Shown here: in pieces, positions 1 through 29,550 of the stretch
How positions within the stretch are numbered: position 1 is the stretch's first letter
Layout: the number at the start of each line of letters is the position of its first letter
NCBI GenBank assembly: GCA_012295275.1
Contig: CM022677.1
Span: 6,386,001 to 6,450,000 of the forward strand
Length of the DNA stretch: 64,000 nucleotides
Direction of reading: 5' to 3'
Source of the DNA: Chrysomallon squamiferum
Taxonomy: Eukaryota; Animalia; Mollusca
Translations under genes and position numbers: made by a program
Notes under the pieces: generated by a model
What the model saw: the letters and a program-made list of their open reading frames with translations, nothing else
Told to the model about the DNA's origin: nothing
The model's database searches: none

Positions 1-310
1 TAATAAATTAAGAACAGTGGAAGCGTCAACACATAATAAAATATAAAATTTTATACACGTTCAATATGGCCGACTACTGTCAGTTCTGCTTTGTGTTCTT
101 TTAGTTAGGAAACCCTCCACTGATAAACACGCGACTGACGTCAAATATCTTATACGTCATCAAGTGTTACGTTTCAGTTTCAGATTAAAATAAACAAATC
201 GTGCTACGAGATATATGAACACTGATCTTACATAAATCTCCTTTACAATAAATTACATTTCAATAAATTGAATACTACAAGATGCCATTGTTTATACATA
301 AGTTATAAAT

Positions 311-400
<90 letters not shown>

Positions 401-1312
401 AGAGCAACTACAACAAAATCAACATCATCAACAACAACAATAATAATAATAACAAATATTTTTTACAGTATACTGAATATAAGTGTGCATGTCTTGTTTC
501 TCTGACGAGGCTTGCATGACCAGTTTCAATGTAATCTAACACTGACTGTTTGCTTGTTATGTAGGTCATATAAAAACAGCGTGTCACTGCTACACGAGAC
601 ACACAAAGATATACTCGGGTGTTATTTACAGCGATTTGTCAAGTTAATTGTTAATACACAATCTGTCCATAAGTGTAGAAATAACCCGTGAAAATAAGAA
701 ATTATTTACATTTGTCAGCGTTGTGAGAAGATGAACAATTTCAATAAAGACAATAAAGACAACCAACTGACAAACTCATAAATAGAAAAAAATTAAATTA
801 TATGAGATAATATTATCACATCATCTACTTACATACACCAGATGGTGAGAAACATTTTATAGTCGGGTCTAGCACATATGTTTTCATCTTTAAAAAGCCT
901 CATGCTATAATGCTGTTTGTTACATGTATATCCAATAATGTTTATTCTTTCTTCTTCTTTTTTATTTTTTATTTTTTATTTTGTTTTCCCTTGTAGATGA
1001 AAACAAATGCAATAACATTTTATATACTGGTTAGAATGGGTGATAGATCAAAACGAATGTTAGACAACAAGGAAGGAACGAATTAAGAAAGGAAGAAAGA
1101 AAGACTGAACGAAACACATGCAAAGAAATAAATAAGATATGTAATAATAATAATAAAATTAAATTAAATAAGAACAATATAAAATACTTTGTAGTTTCAA
1201 AATAGATACCTACCTGAAAAACGTCCTGATCGATAATTTCTTAGAAATGAATAATTCCAGTTGAACAACTCTGCTCTTGATCACTGAGATCAGGGATCTA
1301 TAGATAAATCTA

Positions 1313-1359
<47 letters not shown>

Positions 1360-2479
1360 ATGAAAAGAATTAAAGTAATTTAAAGTAATCAGATCCACAA
1401 ATATATAGCATAAGTAATAAATGAATCATTGAACTATATTTAGGTGATACTATTATTACTACTACTACTACTGCTGCTATTATTATTCCATTATAATGAC
1501 GATAGCTTTATTATTATTATTATTATTTTTTTTTTTTATTATTAAATATTTTATCGATATTTCTTATAAATCTGTATGCTAGGTACGAAAAAAAAGCCTT
1601 TAACAAAATTCACACCAAAAATTTATAGCCATCACAAAATAAATAATAATTTCAATATGTCTGATTTGTTTTAAGCAAAGCAATAGTACAGCATATATTA
1701 AATGACAATAAAATATATAAGACCTTCAAATTTCAAAATGGCCGACTACTTCTGTATAATGCGTCTTGTTTGTGAGTGGTTTTCCTAGAACTGACGCCTT
1801 TCTGTTTGACAAGGTCACTGAACACTTTTTGTGGTTTGCTCTTTACAAAGTCGCCTGTTGCTAACCACGTGACTGAAATTAGATATTGTACAAGTCACAC
1901 CACGTATGTCGGTAGATACATGCAAATGTTTTATTATATACAATTTGTGTAAACCTGTTAAATAAAAAAATTTTTTTAAAAAAGAAGAAAAAGAAACAGA
2001 AAAAAAGATCTTTATTTTGTCATTACTTATTTTGTCTGTAAGATATTTATATTTATTTCTCACTCAGTATATCGATGAAAAGGTTATGTTAACAAGTGTC
2101 TGTTATGTAGGTCAGATAAAAATATTGTGTCGGGTGTATTGGCGACAAGAAACGATCGTGAAAAATGCAGTGTAATGGTGAATCAGAGTACACGGGACAC
2201 TCATTTATTTGTATGTGTTATGAGTCAGAGCGATCTAAACACAGGGGTGACAAATACCACCTTTATTATATTTAGTATAACAAAAATAGCTTTGTTCAAA
2301 TACTAACACTTATACTCATCATTGTGGTAATATTGTTTATTTATTTATTTATTTATTTATTTATTTGTTTTTATTTATTTTTGTTTTTTTACTTTTTAAT
2401 TTATATGTTGGTATTTTTATTTATTTATTTATTTTACTTTCTACAAATGATACAGTATAATATATAATACAACTAAAAC

Positions 2480-3413
2480 AAGCTAATATAAAAGTAAAAG
2501 TAAATTAATGTGTTAAACTACAGAAGTCATAAACAAAAGTATATATTATTGTAAGAAACATAAGAAAACAAAATAGAAAAATAGATCAGAACGAGAACAT
2601 GCGAATTACATTTTTACTAAACATATTACAAAATTCACATTTAACTGAATCTTTTTATACGATATAATACCAAATGTTTGTTATTAAGACAAATAATAAA
2701 TTCTTGTACTGAAAGTATCTAAGCTCGGTGTCTTTTTTTTTTTTCTCTTTTTTTTTTTTTTTATTAATAGCTAGCATCATGACACTATAAATATAAAATT
2801 GTGGTCTTAAGTTATATTTTCTTTTCTACAAAATTAAACATGAAATCCAGTTGTTGTTAGCAAAAAGAGCTTTTAAAAATAAAATTCCTTTCTTTGCCAC
2901 TGTCTTATAATAAGCTGATTTATTATCAGTTTTAATGCGAACATTATATTATAATCTATTGACGTAGTATTTTTATCTTCTCTCATGCTTTCACGTTTCT
3001 CTAGAAAGTTTGACCAGATATGTAATACATTTTTCCAAAAGGAATTTGTGCGTTTCAACAATTTTGCTTCACTGTAGGCTGACCCTAAAACTAATATCAG
3101 TGAAGCTTTTCATAATAAACAGTTACTCGAAAGAGAGGCAATGTCTTGGCTAAAATTTATATCTTTAATCCACGATATCTTTACCCATTAAAAAGTCACT
3201 TAAACAACCATTTTGATAATAGTCAAATAATTGGGCAGCGGGTGTTTGTTTTTTTCTAGCTATTTTATCGTGGTTTTTTATTCCAAATAAACTGAAATTA
3301 TTAAAGAAATGGGTTTCTAATATTTTAAAGAAATAGTTTGTTGGATTTGGCAGTGAAGAAAAAAGTAAACAATTTTCGATAAAACTAAACTTTTGATTGC
3401 AGTAATTTTTCAT
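2480..3413 (-). mobile_element. Decayed L1/Tx1-type non-LTR retrotransposon ORF2, 3' part (post-RT region and zf-RVT)
   Basis: The minus strand reads FSSLPNPTN..KILETHFF..DKIARK..YQNG, NSFWKNVLHIW, and DTELRYFQYK..DSVKCEFCN, all typical L1/Tx1 ORF2 motifs, with stops and frameshifts. Confidence 0.75.
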
Positions 3414-3898
3414 ACGTAAGTTATAAACGTAATAATAATAATAATAATAATAATAATTATAATAATAACAACAACAACATCAACATCATCAATAGCAACA
3501 ATAATAATAATAACAAATATGTTTTACAGTATACTGAATATAAGTGTACATGTCTTATTTCTCTGACGAGGCTTGCATGACCAGTTTCAATGTAATCTAA
3601 CACTGACTGTTTGCTTGTTATGTAGGTCATATAAAAACAGCGTGACACTGGTACACGAGACACACAAAGATATACTCGGGTGTTATTTACAGCGATCTGA
3701 CAAGTTAATTGTTAATACACTGTCTGTCCATAAGTGTAGAAAGACAATAAAGACAACCACCAAACAAACTCGTAAATAATAATAATAACAAAAAATATAT
3801 GAGATAATATGATCAAATCCTCTAGTGGCACTTTCCATAGACAACCAACAATAGTAGTAGTACTACAACAACAACAACAACAACAACTACTACTACTA

Positions 3899-3967
<69 letters not shown>

Positions 3968-4854
3968 CTAATACAAATTATATGAGATAATATTATCACA
4001 TCCTCTAATTACACCTTCCATATACCAGATGGCAAGAATCATTTAGGAGTTTGTTATATGGCGATAATGTTTCTTCTTTTTTCTTTTTGGATGTTTTCCA
4101 TTGTAGATGAAAACAAATACAATAACATTTTATACCCTGGCTGGAACGGGTGACAGACCAACCAACGTTAGGTAACAAGGAAGGAACGAATGAAGAAAAG
4201 AAGAAACAATGAAAGGAACACACACCTTCAAATTTCAAAATGGCCGACTACTTCTGTATAATGCGTGTTGTTTGTGCGTGGTTTTCCTAGAACTGACGCC
4301 TTTCTGTTTGACAAGATCACTTAACACTTTTTGTGTTTTGCTCTTTACAAAGTCGCCTGTTGCTAATCACGTGACTGAAATTAGATATTGTACAAGTCAC
4401 ACCACGTATGTCGGTAGATACATGCAGATGTTTTATTATAATTTGTGTAAACCTGTTAAATAAATTTAAAAAAAAAAGAAGAAGAAAAACAAACAGAAAA
4501 AAAGATATTTATTTTGTCATTACTTATTTTGTCTGTAAAATATTTATATTATTTCTAACTCAGTATATCGATGAAAAAGTTATGTTAACAAGTGTCTGTT
4601 ATCTAGGTCAGATAAGAATAGCGTGTCAGTTGTGTTGGCGACAAGAAACGTTTTACTACGATCGTGAAATATGCAATGTAATGGTGAATCAGAGTACACG
4701 GGACACTCATTTATTTGTAAGTGTTATGAGTCAGAGCGATCTAAACACAGGGGTGACAAATACAACCTTTATTATGTTTAGTATAAAAACGAAAGCTTTG
4801 TTCAAATACTAACACTTATACTCATCATTGTGGTAATATTGTTTGTTTGTTTGT

Positions 4855-4889
<35 letters not shown>

Positions 4890-4976
4890 TTTTACTTTCT
4901 TCTTATCTTTTCTTTTATTTGACTACAAATGATACATACCTCTCATACAGATTTATAAGAAATATCGATAAAATAT

Positions 4977-5009
<33 letters not shown>

Positions 5010-5098
5010 TATAATACAACTAAAACAAGCTAATATAAAAGTAAAAGTAAATTAATGTGTTAAAATACAGAAGTCTCCACAACATTAGTAAAAACCAC

Positions 5099-5158
<60 letters not shown>

Positions 5159-5665
5159 AAGAAGAATTAACATGTTTTAGACATAAAAAAATATTTGATC
5201 ACATAAATAAAAGTATATATTATTGTAAGAAACATACAAAAACAAAATAGAAAAATAGATCAGAGCGAGAACATGCGTATTACATTTTCACTAAACATAT
5301 TACAAAATTCACATTTAACTGAATCTTTTTATACGATATAATACCAAATGTTTGTTATTAAGACAAATAATAAATTCTTGTACTGAAAGTTAGCTTCCCA
5401 CCATTTGTCACAGAACTCTGTACCAAATTTATACTTTTCTCTTTTCCTTTTTTATTTTTATTTTTTATTAATAGCTAGCATCAAGACACTATAAAATATA
5501 AAATTGTGGTCTTAAGTTATATTTTCTTTTCTACAAAATTAAACATGAAATCCAGTTGTCGTTAGCAAAAAGAGCTTTTAAAAATAAAATTCCTTTCTTT
5601 GCCACATATGCTTTCACGTTTCTCTAGAAAGTATGACCAGATATGTAATACATTTTTCCAAAATG
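5010..5665 (-). mobile_element. Duplicated, further-deleted copy of the L1/Tx1 ORF2 remnant
   Basis: Matches 2460-3040 (e.g. 'ttattaagacaaataataaattcttgtactgaaag' and 'ccagatatgtaatacatttttccaaaa') with internal deletions. Confidence 0.75.
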
Positions 5666-5859
5666 GAAAACTATTTCACGTTGGCAGCTGCACAAGTTGG
5701 AGTTGCTGTGTGATGCTATATTGTATTATCAGATGGAAAATGTATCTATCTATCTATCTGTCTATCTATCTATCTCTCTATCTATTTTTTTTTATTTATT
5801 TATTTATTTATTTATTTATTAGTACTGTAATACCCATAACGTAACCAGCGACATGAATT

Positions 5860-5942
5860 TGGATTAACCTCGATCGGTAGAGCCTTTCTAGTGGGATACT
5901 TGACACATAGGATCGAAACTTCTTAGTGGACCCATTGGTTTG
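5860..5942 (+). mobile_element. Degenerate tRNA-derived SINE head
   Basis: A-box-like 'taacctcgatcggtagagc' and B-box-like 'ggatcgaaac' at tRNA-like spacing, followed by 'gtggacccattgg'. No intact cloverleaf. Confidence 0.45.
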
Positions 5943-5954
5943 AATTGTTTCTTT

Positions 5955-6095
<141 letters not shown>

Positions 6096-6948
6096 GCATT
6101 GAAGATGAATTACATTTTGCATCAAAATGTTTATTTTATGTAATTTAATTTGTAACTACGTATATATAACAACTATATGTTTATATTTTTTATTATCCTA
6201 CTTCTTACGTTTAATTTTTTTATTCCTGTGTTTGTATACTATAATCTATTATACAACTGTTTCTGTTTTAAAACTGTATTCTTGCCTGTCTTGTGTGTAT
6301 AGTCATGCTGGCTTTGGCAAATAAATAAACTGAACAGAAATTGAATTGTAGTAGTAGTAATAGCTGCGGTACACTATCATCTCGTTGTTACCTTTTGACT
6401 GCGCACACCGTCAACCAGGTAAAACGTCAATTAATGAGTACTGGGACATCAACAGATCATAACTGGTAAATTTCAACAGACAAATGTCCCGCTAAGTAGA
6501 CACAATTTTGAGATCATTTACAGAAGTTGTCGACTTCGCGGGCCATAACCAACAACAGCTGGGAGAACAGCAGCGATACTAAAATCACAACAACAGTGTT
6601 TTAATGACACTGTTTAAACTAATTATGAAGGACTTGCTAGTTTGTACGAAAGTTTTGCCACTGGCGCATGCGCACATGCTCCTTTGCAAGTCATTAATAT
6701 TTCCTCCTTTGCAAGTCATTAACCAGTCATTGCGAAATCGCAGATGTCTTCTTCTGTATCTACCTAGCGTAATGTAGTCAGTTTTTACAATGTGCTTCAA
6801 ACATGTGTTCGCTTGAGTAAAATGTATTCAAACCGAAATTAGGCGAGAGGATTAGATTAACCTTTTTAGACTTAGCCGGTAAAAATGTAAGTATAAATTT
6901 TGGATATTTTAATCAGCTTCTTTTTGACGTATATATATATATATATAT

Positions 6949-6995
<47 letters not shown>

Positions 6996-7287
6996 TATAC
7001 ATACATTTTGGATATCAGTTTCTTTTTGACATATATATATATAGATGTCAAAAAGAAACTGATTAAAATATCCAAATTCATTCCTTGAAGCAAAAAACCA
7101 TCGGCAGAAAGAGGAAAATAAGCCCTTGATACAATCAGAAATCTGGCAAAATCCTGAAAACTATCATGCCTGCATGCAAGCATGCAGAAATATGTAACTT
7201 GACATTAATTCCTTGAATTGTTTTAATACCGATGAAATAACTTTATTCGATATATTTTCCTTCGAAGCACAAGAGCAATCAATGATG

Positions 7288-7965
7288 AACAGGCCATCTC
7301 TTGCGGACTCTGTTAAGACTGAGCGTTTGTATATACCTGTGGTGCCTTACCTTCCTAACCCTTTGCTATGTTAAAAATGTCAAACATTTGGACACGTACA
7401 AAATGCATGTCGTAACAAACTGACCTGTGGTCAATTTGATCATAACAGCAAGACATGTAGGACTGACATAGTTTGCACCAATTACAAGGGGAAACACTTC
7501 GCGTGTTCGCAAACATGTCCGAAGTGTAAAATGAAACAACAGGTACAACACGTTAAAACAGAAAAGCATTTTGTATATCCTGATGCTAGGAAACTCGTAG
7601 AATCCAGTTCACATGCAGTAGTAGGAAAATCATATTTGCAGCTGTGAAAGTATCTACAAGATCCATTCAAATACAGTCAGATTTAACTTGGCCTTTAGAC
7701 AAACTCGAATTTAAGAAGGTATCACTCATAGAAAAAGCTCAGAAAAAGCTCAGAAAAAGCTGCAAAAGCTACCAAGAAAGAAGCAGTGAAATTAATTCAG
7801 GTATCGTCAGATTCTGAGAATCCAACAAGACTGTCGTTCACAGAGGAGCCAGGCCCCAGTAAGGCCACGTTAGGAAAACATACCAAATACGCAAAATGTT
7901 CTGACAAGGACTACCACTCGGGACTGTTAAAAAGGCTGCTACAATCAATTGAGACAAGCAGTCAG
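7288..7965 (+). mobile_element. Decayed I-clade (Nimb/I-like) LINE ORF1 with three CCHC zinc knuckles
   Basis: Reads VVPYLPNPLLC*KCQTFGHVQNACRNKLTC-GQFDHNSKTC..VCTNYKGKHFACSQTCPK.KMKQQVQHVKTEKHFVYPDARKLVE..SY, the gag-like ORF1 pattern of I-clade LINEs. It has an in-frame stop and a frameshift, so it is absent from the ORF track. Confidence 0.85.
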
Positions 7966-8095
7966 TAACAGTTAACCACTGTCAGTGAGATCATCAATCT
8001 CAGTTTTAGAAAAAAGTAGATGTTCACCATTTCAAGTTTTTATTTAGGCATGGAGTGATATTGTTTCACTATATATATATATATTTATATGTATG

Positions 8096-8219
<124 letters not shown>

Positions 8220-8359
8220 TATATATATATATATATACATAACGATTTTTTTTCATATTTATGTGTCGTCTGCAGTGTGTGTCTAACATTAGCCGCGTTT
8301 CTATTTTACAGACAAGGGGAGAGAAGTGTTCTCCTTTCTGGTATATGGTGTGTGTGTGT

Positions 8360-8521
<162 letters not shown>

Positions 8522-9689
8522 GAAAAAAAAAAATTTTACTATTTTATTTAACTTTAAAACATTCAGTTTTAAAAACCTGTGTAAAAGGCAATTACATAAG
8601 CTCAATTTAATTATATATATAAAATGTTAGGGAGGAAAACGTGTACTGACTCAACTGTTCTGAAAGAAGTCAACTGAAATTACATGATATGAATAGTATG
8701 TACAAGGAGATGACTCTTGAAGCATTATACCGTGTTTACTCCAAATTTACCCTGCACACCCTGTGTCCCTCTCTCACACCTAGACTACTGATTTGAAGTA
8801 AGCGCTCTAATTATCAGACACTTCTTTCCTCTGACCACATTCTACACTAACTTCTGAATTGTTTCAGTGTGTTAATAAAGATTAGTATTACTAATAGACA
8901 TATGTTATATCGTAATGCAATATGTTTCCACAACATAATAAAAATAAATCATTTGTGTCAGCGTCGAAATGAAGATACTCACGTGTATTAATAAATATTA
9001 TTATTACTAATAGATACATATTATATCATAAGTGCAATATGGTTTTAGCGTCGAAATGAAGATACTTGATACAGACTATAACACGAATACAATAGACTGA
9101 CCATAGTTAATCCCATTGAACCGAACTCCCACCTAGCCAAAACCCAATGTTGTTGTAATAGATTGATTTGGTTAGGTTTTTGGCTAGATGGGATGACACC
9201 CACCCTCCACTCTAACCAGTGAGTATAACACAAACAAATTATAAAGAACATAACTTAATTACTAGTTTATTTTTATAATAACAACAACAACTACAAAAAC
9301 AACAACAACAACAACAACAATAATAATAATAATAACAATAATAATAATAAAGTTTCCTTACCTTTGTCTTAAGAAATGAAAAATTAACACCGGGAGAAAA
9401 ATGCTCGTCTATTAGTCTGCAATGTCAGTTGTGAGTGCGGGGAAGTCGGCTATGACAGACGACACAATGTGAGAGGAACATACCAATTCTGACAAAGAAG
9501 GGGTGGGAGCTTTGAACATTTCTGTACTCTTCTTTCTTCTGAGAAAAAAAAATAATCGTGAAATTTTAAGTTCTTGTGGTTCAGTAAACAGGAGTAAAAA
9601 TAAAAAAGTTTCTCAACATATTTTGTGCACTTATTTAATTTATAAAATGCTGGATACAATTTATCACACATGTAGTAATAATGGACATA

Positions 9690-24020
<14,331 letters not shown>

Positions 24021-24039
24021 AGATGTTGCAGTTTATTAT

Positions 24040-24830
24040 GAAATAAACTGGATTTTTTAAATGGATATATTCCACTGTTGATAATGAAAAATGAGTTAAT
24101 TTTCTTATTTATTATTCATATTTTATAAACTTATCATTTTACAGGAACTTATCATTTTTACTGTTGTTCGTAAAAATGGAAATATAATATTATATTTATT
24201 ATTATTTTAATACTTTCATTCAACAAACCTGTTTGTCTCTCATTTACTCTTTTAAGGAAAATCTTAATCAAAAAAGAACAAAAAGTATTGTTTTCTTTTC
24301 ATTGTAAAAGTAGTGTAAATTAGATATATAATAATAATATATTTTGATATAGCATGGCACGCTCAGTTAGTAATAGAAAAACAGTTCTGTTTTGTGCTGT
24401 GTGGATTGAAAAAACAAATTACTGACGATAAATAAATAAATAAAAATTAAAAATCATTAAATGATGCAGTGCTAAAGAAAAATAATAATAAGCTTAGTTA
24501 TGAAAATGAAAATTGATATAAATATTATAATTTAAGACACCCTATTTCAATTACTGAGCGTTCTGTCGTGTTTCTTCGTCTGTTTTCAGTTACGCCTAAT
24601 ATATTAATAAACGAATAGTTCTTATCATACCGTCAGCTTTTGTAGCAGACGTAAAGTGACATGCGAGTCGAAAACAGGTCTCGATTACTTCATTAGTTTT
24701 ACACTATCAAAAACTCTACCATGAATTAAAAAAAAATTCTGAGACGAAGATGTTGTAAAAATGAAACTAACTTCATCCTTCAGCAAGCATCAATAATATT
24801 ATTTTAGATAATATGCGGCAGATTCGGTAA
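24040..24830 (+). repeat. Dispersed repeat with an inverted, diverged copy at 32130-32870
   Basis: 24770 'cttcatccttcagcaagcatca' is the reverse complement of 32163 'tgatgcttgctgaaggatgaag'; 'aaaacaggtctcgattac' pairs with 'gtaatcgagacctgtttt'. Confidence 0.85.
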
Positions 24831-25701
24831 AAAATTATTTAAAAAAGCAATAAAACATTTTCAATTGTTTTGAGTTGCACTCACAGATCCCCAAGTAGAA
24901 TTAAATTTAAATATCAACGTAATTAATTATCGCGTTTTCCTGTAAAAAGCTTCTGATACCGACACCACTAGTGTTTATAAGGGATACATTTATTATCGAG
25001 TGACCTTTAAAAAAAATAATAATAATTGTTCAGAATACATCAGCTTACTTCATCACGATCTCGCCAAAGTTTCTGTCAATAATTTGAACCAGCATATCGG
25101 TAATTTTTTTTGATTTATTAGTAACAGAGAAAAAAGTATATTTTATTAAGTTTATTCCACTAAGATATTGCCCGCATAATAAAATAACAAAACAACGTTT
25201 GACAGTGTTGCTATATTGTATTACGTGCACCCAAAAATATAAATATTTAGATTTCTTTAATAATTTTCCTTTTCTGATAGCTCACAGTTATGCAGATCTA
25301 TTTTATGGAACCGGAAAGAATAATTAAAAATAAGGAGTAGTTTCCCTATTAATATTAACAAATTGTCTTAAGAGTTATTAATGTAATTAATCAAATATTA
25401 AGTTATTTTCGTTGATTTTAAACTGTGCTTCTGATAATTTGAGAATAAGTAACTAAACATGACTTTTCTAAAATGTTATTTCGAGTTAGTTCTAGTTCAG
25501 AAATTTGATATAAGTGAAACTAGAAAATCTGGGAGCGTCGTGGGTACGACCTCCATTTCCATATTTCTTATGTTTTATGCATCTTCAGCATCACTTAATG
25601 AAGAATAAATACATAAAATAAAAACTAATTTAACTTGTCTCATAATATTTTATTATTCATTTGTTTGTTAGTGTGTTATAATCAATGTAATTAATTAATT
25701 A

Positions 25702-25758
<57 letters not shown>

Positions 25759-27434
25759 AGCAACTGACCATGGATAATAACGTTTCATAAAATAAGGGAA
25801 ATAACTCTCTTTAGATAAAACTTCTGGCAAATTAATTTTAAATTGTTAAACCATATGAAATAATGAAAGAAAGCAAATACAAGTACCCACCCAAATTAAA
25901 AACAAAATCAATAATAATAAACACCCTGAAAACAATTTTATATCTCTTTTTTATTTACCAATAAACAGTAACAGTGAATTAAGAAATCAAATTCAACAGC
26001 AAAATTGTAACAAATATAACAATTAATGAATTAAAAATGCCTATAAAAAAACATACTGTCAAATTACATGTGCATTATAAACAAATAACAAAAACAATGT
26101 TAAAAGAAAATATAATTTAACTACAGTTGTCACTTATTTACTTATTTTTTCACCTGTTTTAAATTATTACATTGGATAATTAATTAAATTATTTAACAGG
26201 AGCTAGTATTAAAAATTGATCTAGACACCTGGGTCTTATTTTTAAAGTCTGCTAAATAAATTGTTTCGATGCTTTATTTGCTGAGTTTATTTTCTAATTT
26301 ATGCAGATATATGCAGGCACATAAATGCATGCACTAAAGTACAAACACATACAAGACACAAAACAAAACACTGAAAATAACACATATACAAACATTACAA
26401 TATTCACACAGAAATTCACACTCGCACATGCACTTAGGCAAAACCAACACATACACACAGACATGACTACATACAAAATGACATACACACACACACACAC
26501 ATGTAGACATACCAACATACAAAATGACAAACACATACAGTATCCCCATACATACAGTGCAGAACATAAATGTAATAAATAATAACTTATATTATCAAAA
26601 ACACTTCTTATAACAAAAACTTCAATGAAAACAACAAAGATAAAGAAAACAAAAGTCTTATAGAAATAAACTTTGGTCCATGTACATTACATAAATATTA
26701 GTATTAGTGTGTGTGAATTAACAGAATATTTTACCATGTTATTCTGTGTATAATAAAATGCTGAATTAAAAAAATCATATGACAAGATGGTAAAAAAAAT
26801 TACTTTCTACATCAGAATACTGGATAGAGTAGCAATAACTGTAACTATCATCAGATGAAGTGGATGATAATCATCATTTTCTGCATCACTTCTCTGTATT
26901 AGATCTGTTATCATTCTTTGTATCGGAACATTTTTTTAATCATTTTCTATGAAGTGGAATTGACATTATCTACATCAGAAAATACTGACAGGCATAGAAA
27001 ACTTAACCTCTATAATCAGAGAAAAACTGGATATATTATTAACAATACCACTTTATTATCAGAGAAGTGGGACAAAAGAAAATATGTCTGAAAATACAAA
27101 ATATTATTAATAGTATTATTTATCCTCATACAAACTGGAAAACAGAAAAAATAGTATTCTCTCAGAATGTAACTAATAAAACTGTAATTGAAAACAATTT
27201 TCTTTCATCAGATAAGCTACACAATCACTGTCACCAAATTCTACTTCAGTGTACACAGGGTGAGCTAATCTGTAAGTGTGATGTTTCCATGACTCCTCTG
27301 TGTTCTGCAGAATTAGTTCATGATGAGCTGAATCTTCAGCTTGTCTCACTTTCATCCTCTTCTCCACTTCTTGTCTGAGAAAAACATTTCAGTATTTAAT
27401 ATTAATGTAATTAGGTATTGGTTTGTTTAGTTTG

Positions 27435-27502
27435 TATTGTTTGTCACCCAGTAGCTGATATATTTTTCATGCTGGGGTGTCCTTAAACATTCATTCATTC
27501 AT
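27435..27502 (+). mobile_element. SINE/LINE-like 3' tail fragment
   Basis: 'gtagctgatatatttttcatgctggggtgtccttaaacattcattcattcat' ends in a short (CATT)n tail typical of retroposon 3' ends. Confidence 0.4.
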
Positions 27503-28544
27503 TTTTATAGTTTGTAAAAACAATGGTTATCAGAAATCTGACAGTTATTTAAAGATATTTAAATTCCTGTCCATTTCACCAGAAGAACTGACATATGAAA
27601 GCACATGATACCAATACAATTACAAATGAAAGAATATTTGTTTTAAGTTTTAATTTTGTTTTTATTATTTAATTTTTTATTTCTTTCCATGAGCATCAAG
27701 GTGAAAACCAACTACTTTGTTTAAACCTAGGTATTATAATTATGCATATACACATGATGAACAGGGAAAGACAGTGAAAAAAATAAAGAAAGTGCTAGAG
27801 AGAATCAGAGAGGCTAGGAGAAAATTAGAGAGAGAGAAGAAAAAAGACAATGACATCATCACTATACCTGACTTTTGCCTCCAGTTCTGTAATTTTAACA
27901 TCAATAACTTTTATGTTAATTCTTGACACTATGACTGGTTGTCCAAATATCTTAGATAACAATAAACACATTTTTTTAATTATTCGTAATAATCATTGTT
28001 AGTGTTAAATAACAATGTTACAGTTGGGAGAAATATTTACAGAAAAAATTGCCGAAACAGATATTTACAGATTATATGATTAGACACACATACACATAGA
28101 TAGTCATATAAAGACAGACAGCATGTTAGAAAGACAGACATATATAAAACAAAAAGAATACAGAGGTACATAGGTATATTTATTTAGGAAGTAAAAGTAT
28201 TTAGAGACTGGTAGATATTGGGTAGATAGATAGGTTGATGAGGTTGATGACATCCTTGCATTGCCAGACAGGTTGAACAGACAGAGACAGGTTGAATGTA
28301 TACACACAGGTTGAATGTCAGACAGGTTGAATGTATACACAGCCCTTGCATTGCTTGCATTGAATGCATACACAGCCCTTGCACAATGATCAGCTAGCTG
28401 CAGTGAAAGTGTGATTTTAACAACTGTTTATATGTGAGAAGAAATATATTGTTCTTTACATTAAAAAGAAAGGAAAGTTTTAGAAATTAATGTAAAAGTT
28501 GATATACTTTGATCATTTTCTGTTCTCGTCTATATTATTATAAC

Positions 28545-28583
<39 letters not shown>

Positions 28584-28640
28584 TTGGAGATGAACATAGA
28601 GTGAGAGAGACAACCATACATACATATTCATAAATAAGCA

Positions 28641-29075
28641 GAATGTGATGTTTATTATTACAGATAAATACATAGAGAATGTGATGTTTATTGTTACAGA
28701 TAGAAACACAGAGAATGTGATGTTTATTATTACAGATAGAGAATGTGATGTTTATTATTACAGATACATAGAGAATGTGATGTTTATTATTACAGATAAA
28801 TACATAGAGAATGTGATGTTTATTATTACAGATAGATAGAGAATGTGATGTTTATTATTACAGATATATAGAGAATGTGATGTTTATTATTACAGATAAA
28901 TACATAGAGAATGTGATGTTTATTATTACAGATAGATAGAGAATGTGATGTTTGTTATTACAGATATATAGAGAATGTGATGTTTATTATTACAGATAGA
29001 TAGAGAATGTGATGTTTATTATTACAGATAGATAGAGAATGTGATGTTTATTATTACAGATAAATACATAGAAAG
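28641..29075. repeat. Minisatellite, 13 units of 28/32/36 bp
   Basis: 'gaatgtgatgtttattattacagata' plus a variable tetranucleotide spacer; units start at 28641, 28677, 28713, 28741, 28773, 28809, 28841, 28873, 28909, 28941, 28973, 29005 and 29037. Confidence 0.95.
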
Positions 29076-29550
29076 ATAGACAGATAGCTGTGAACTGTTA
29101 TTACTGCACTACTACATACTATATAATCACTCACCATGACTTTTCAACATGGCTGCAGAGTCAGAAGTTGACTGTTTCCTTTATCTGTGAGAATGGCTGG
29201 ACAGCACATCATATTACCCAGAATTCCTAGAGGAAGATAAACAAATAAATAAATGATATGACAGATTTCAATAAGTATGAAACATATAATGTTAAAAATA
29301 AAAATTAACTATAACTGTTTACCAGGATGTCCTCCAATTGCTGTCAGTTTAATCAGGAAGCTGTCTGCAACCTAAGGGAGACAATTACAAGATGATTCAA
29401 TTTTCTCCCCTGACTTCTTGACAGTGAGACCTTAAAATTAATTAAGTTTGTATAAATAATTTAAAAAGAAAACAACACAACAACAACATTAACAATAATA
29501 AACCCTTTTATTTAGTATTCCTTTTTTGTCTTCTTATTTTTACCATTAGA

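Larger units (their letters stand above)
290..5665. repeat. Tandem segmental duplication, unit 1 ~290-3060 and unit 2 ~3415-5665, with indels
   Basis: Long near-identical blocks recur about 2.5-3.1 kb apart: 'tctgacgaggcttgcatgaccagtttcaatg' at ~501 and ~3562; 'caaaatggccgactacttctgtataatgcg' at ~1734 and ~4236; 'aatcagagtacacgggacactc' at ~2141 and ~4687. Confidence 0.9.

Noticed and set aside
5860-5942. Functional tRNA gene
   Set aside because: Only degenerate A/B boxes are present, with no pairing acceptor or anticodon stems; it is better explained as a SINE head.
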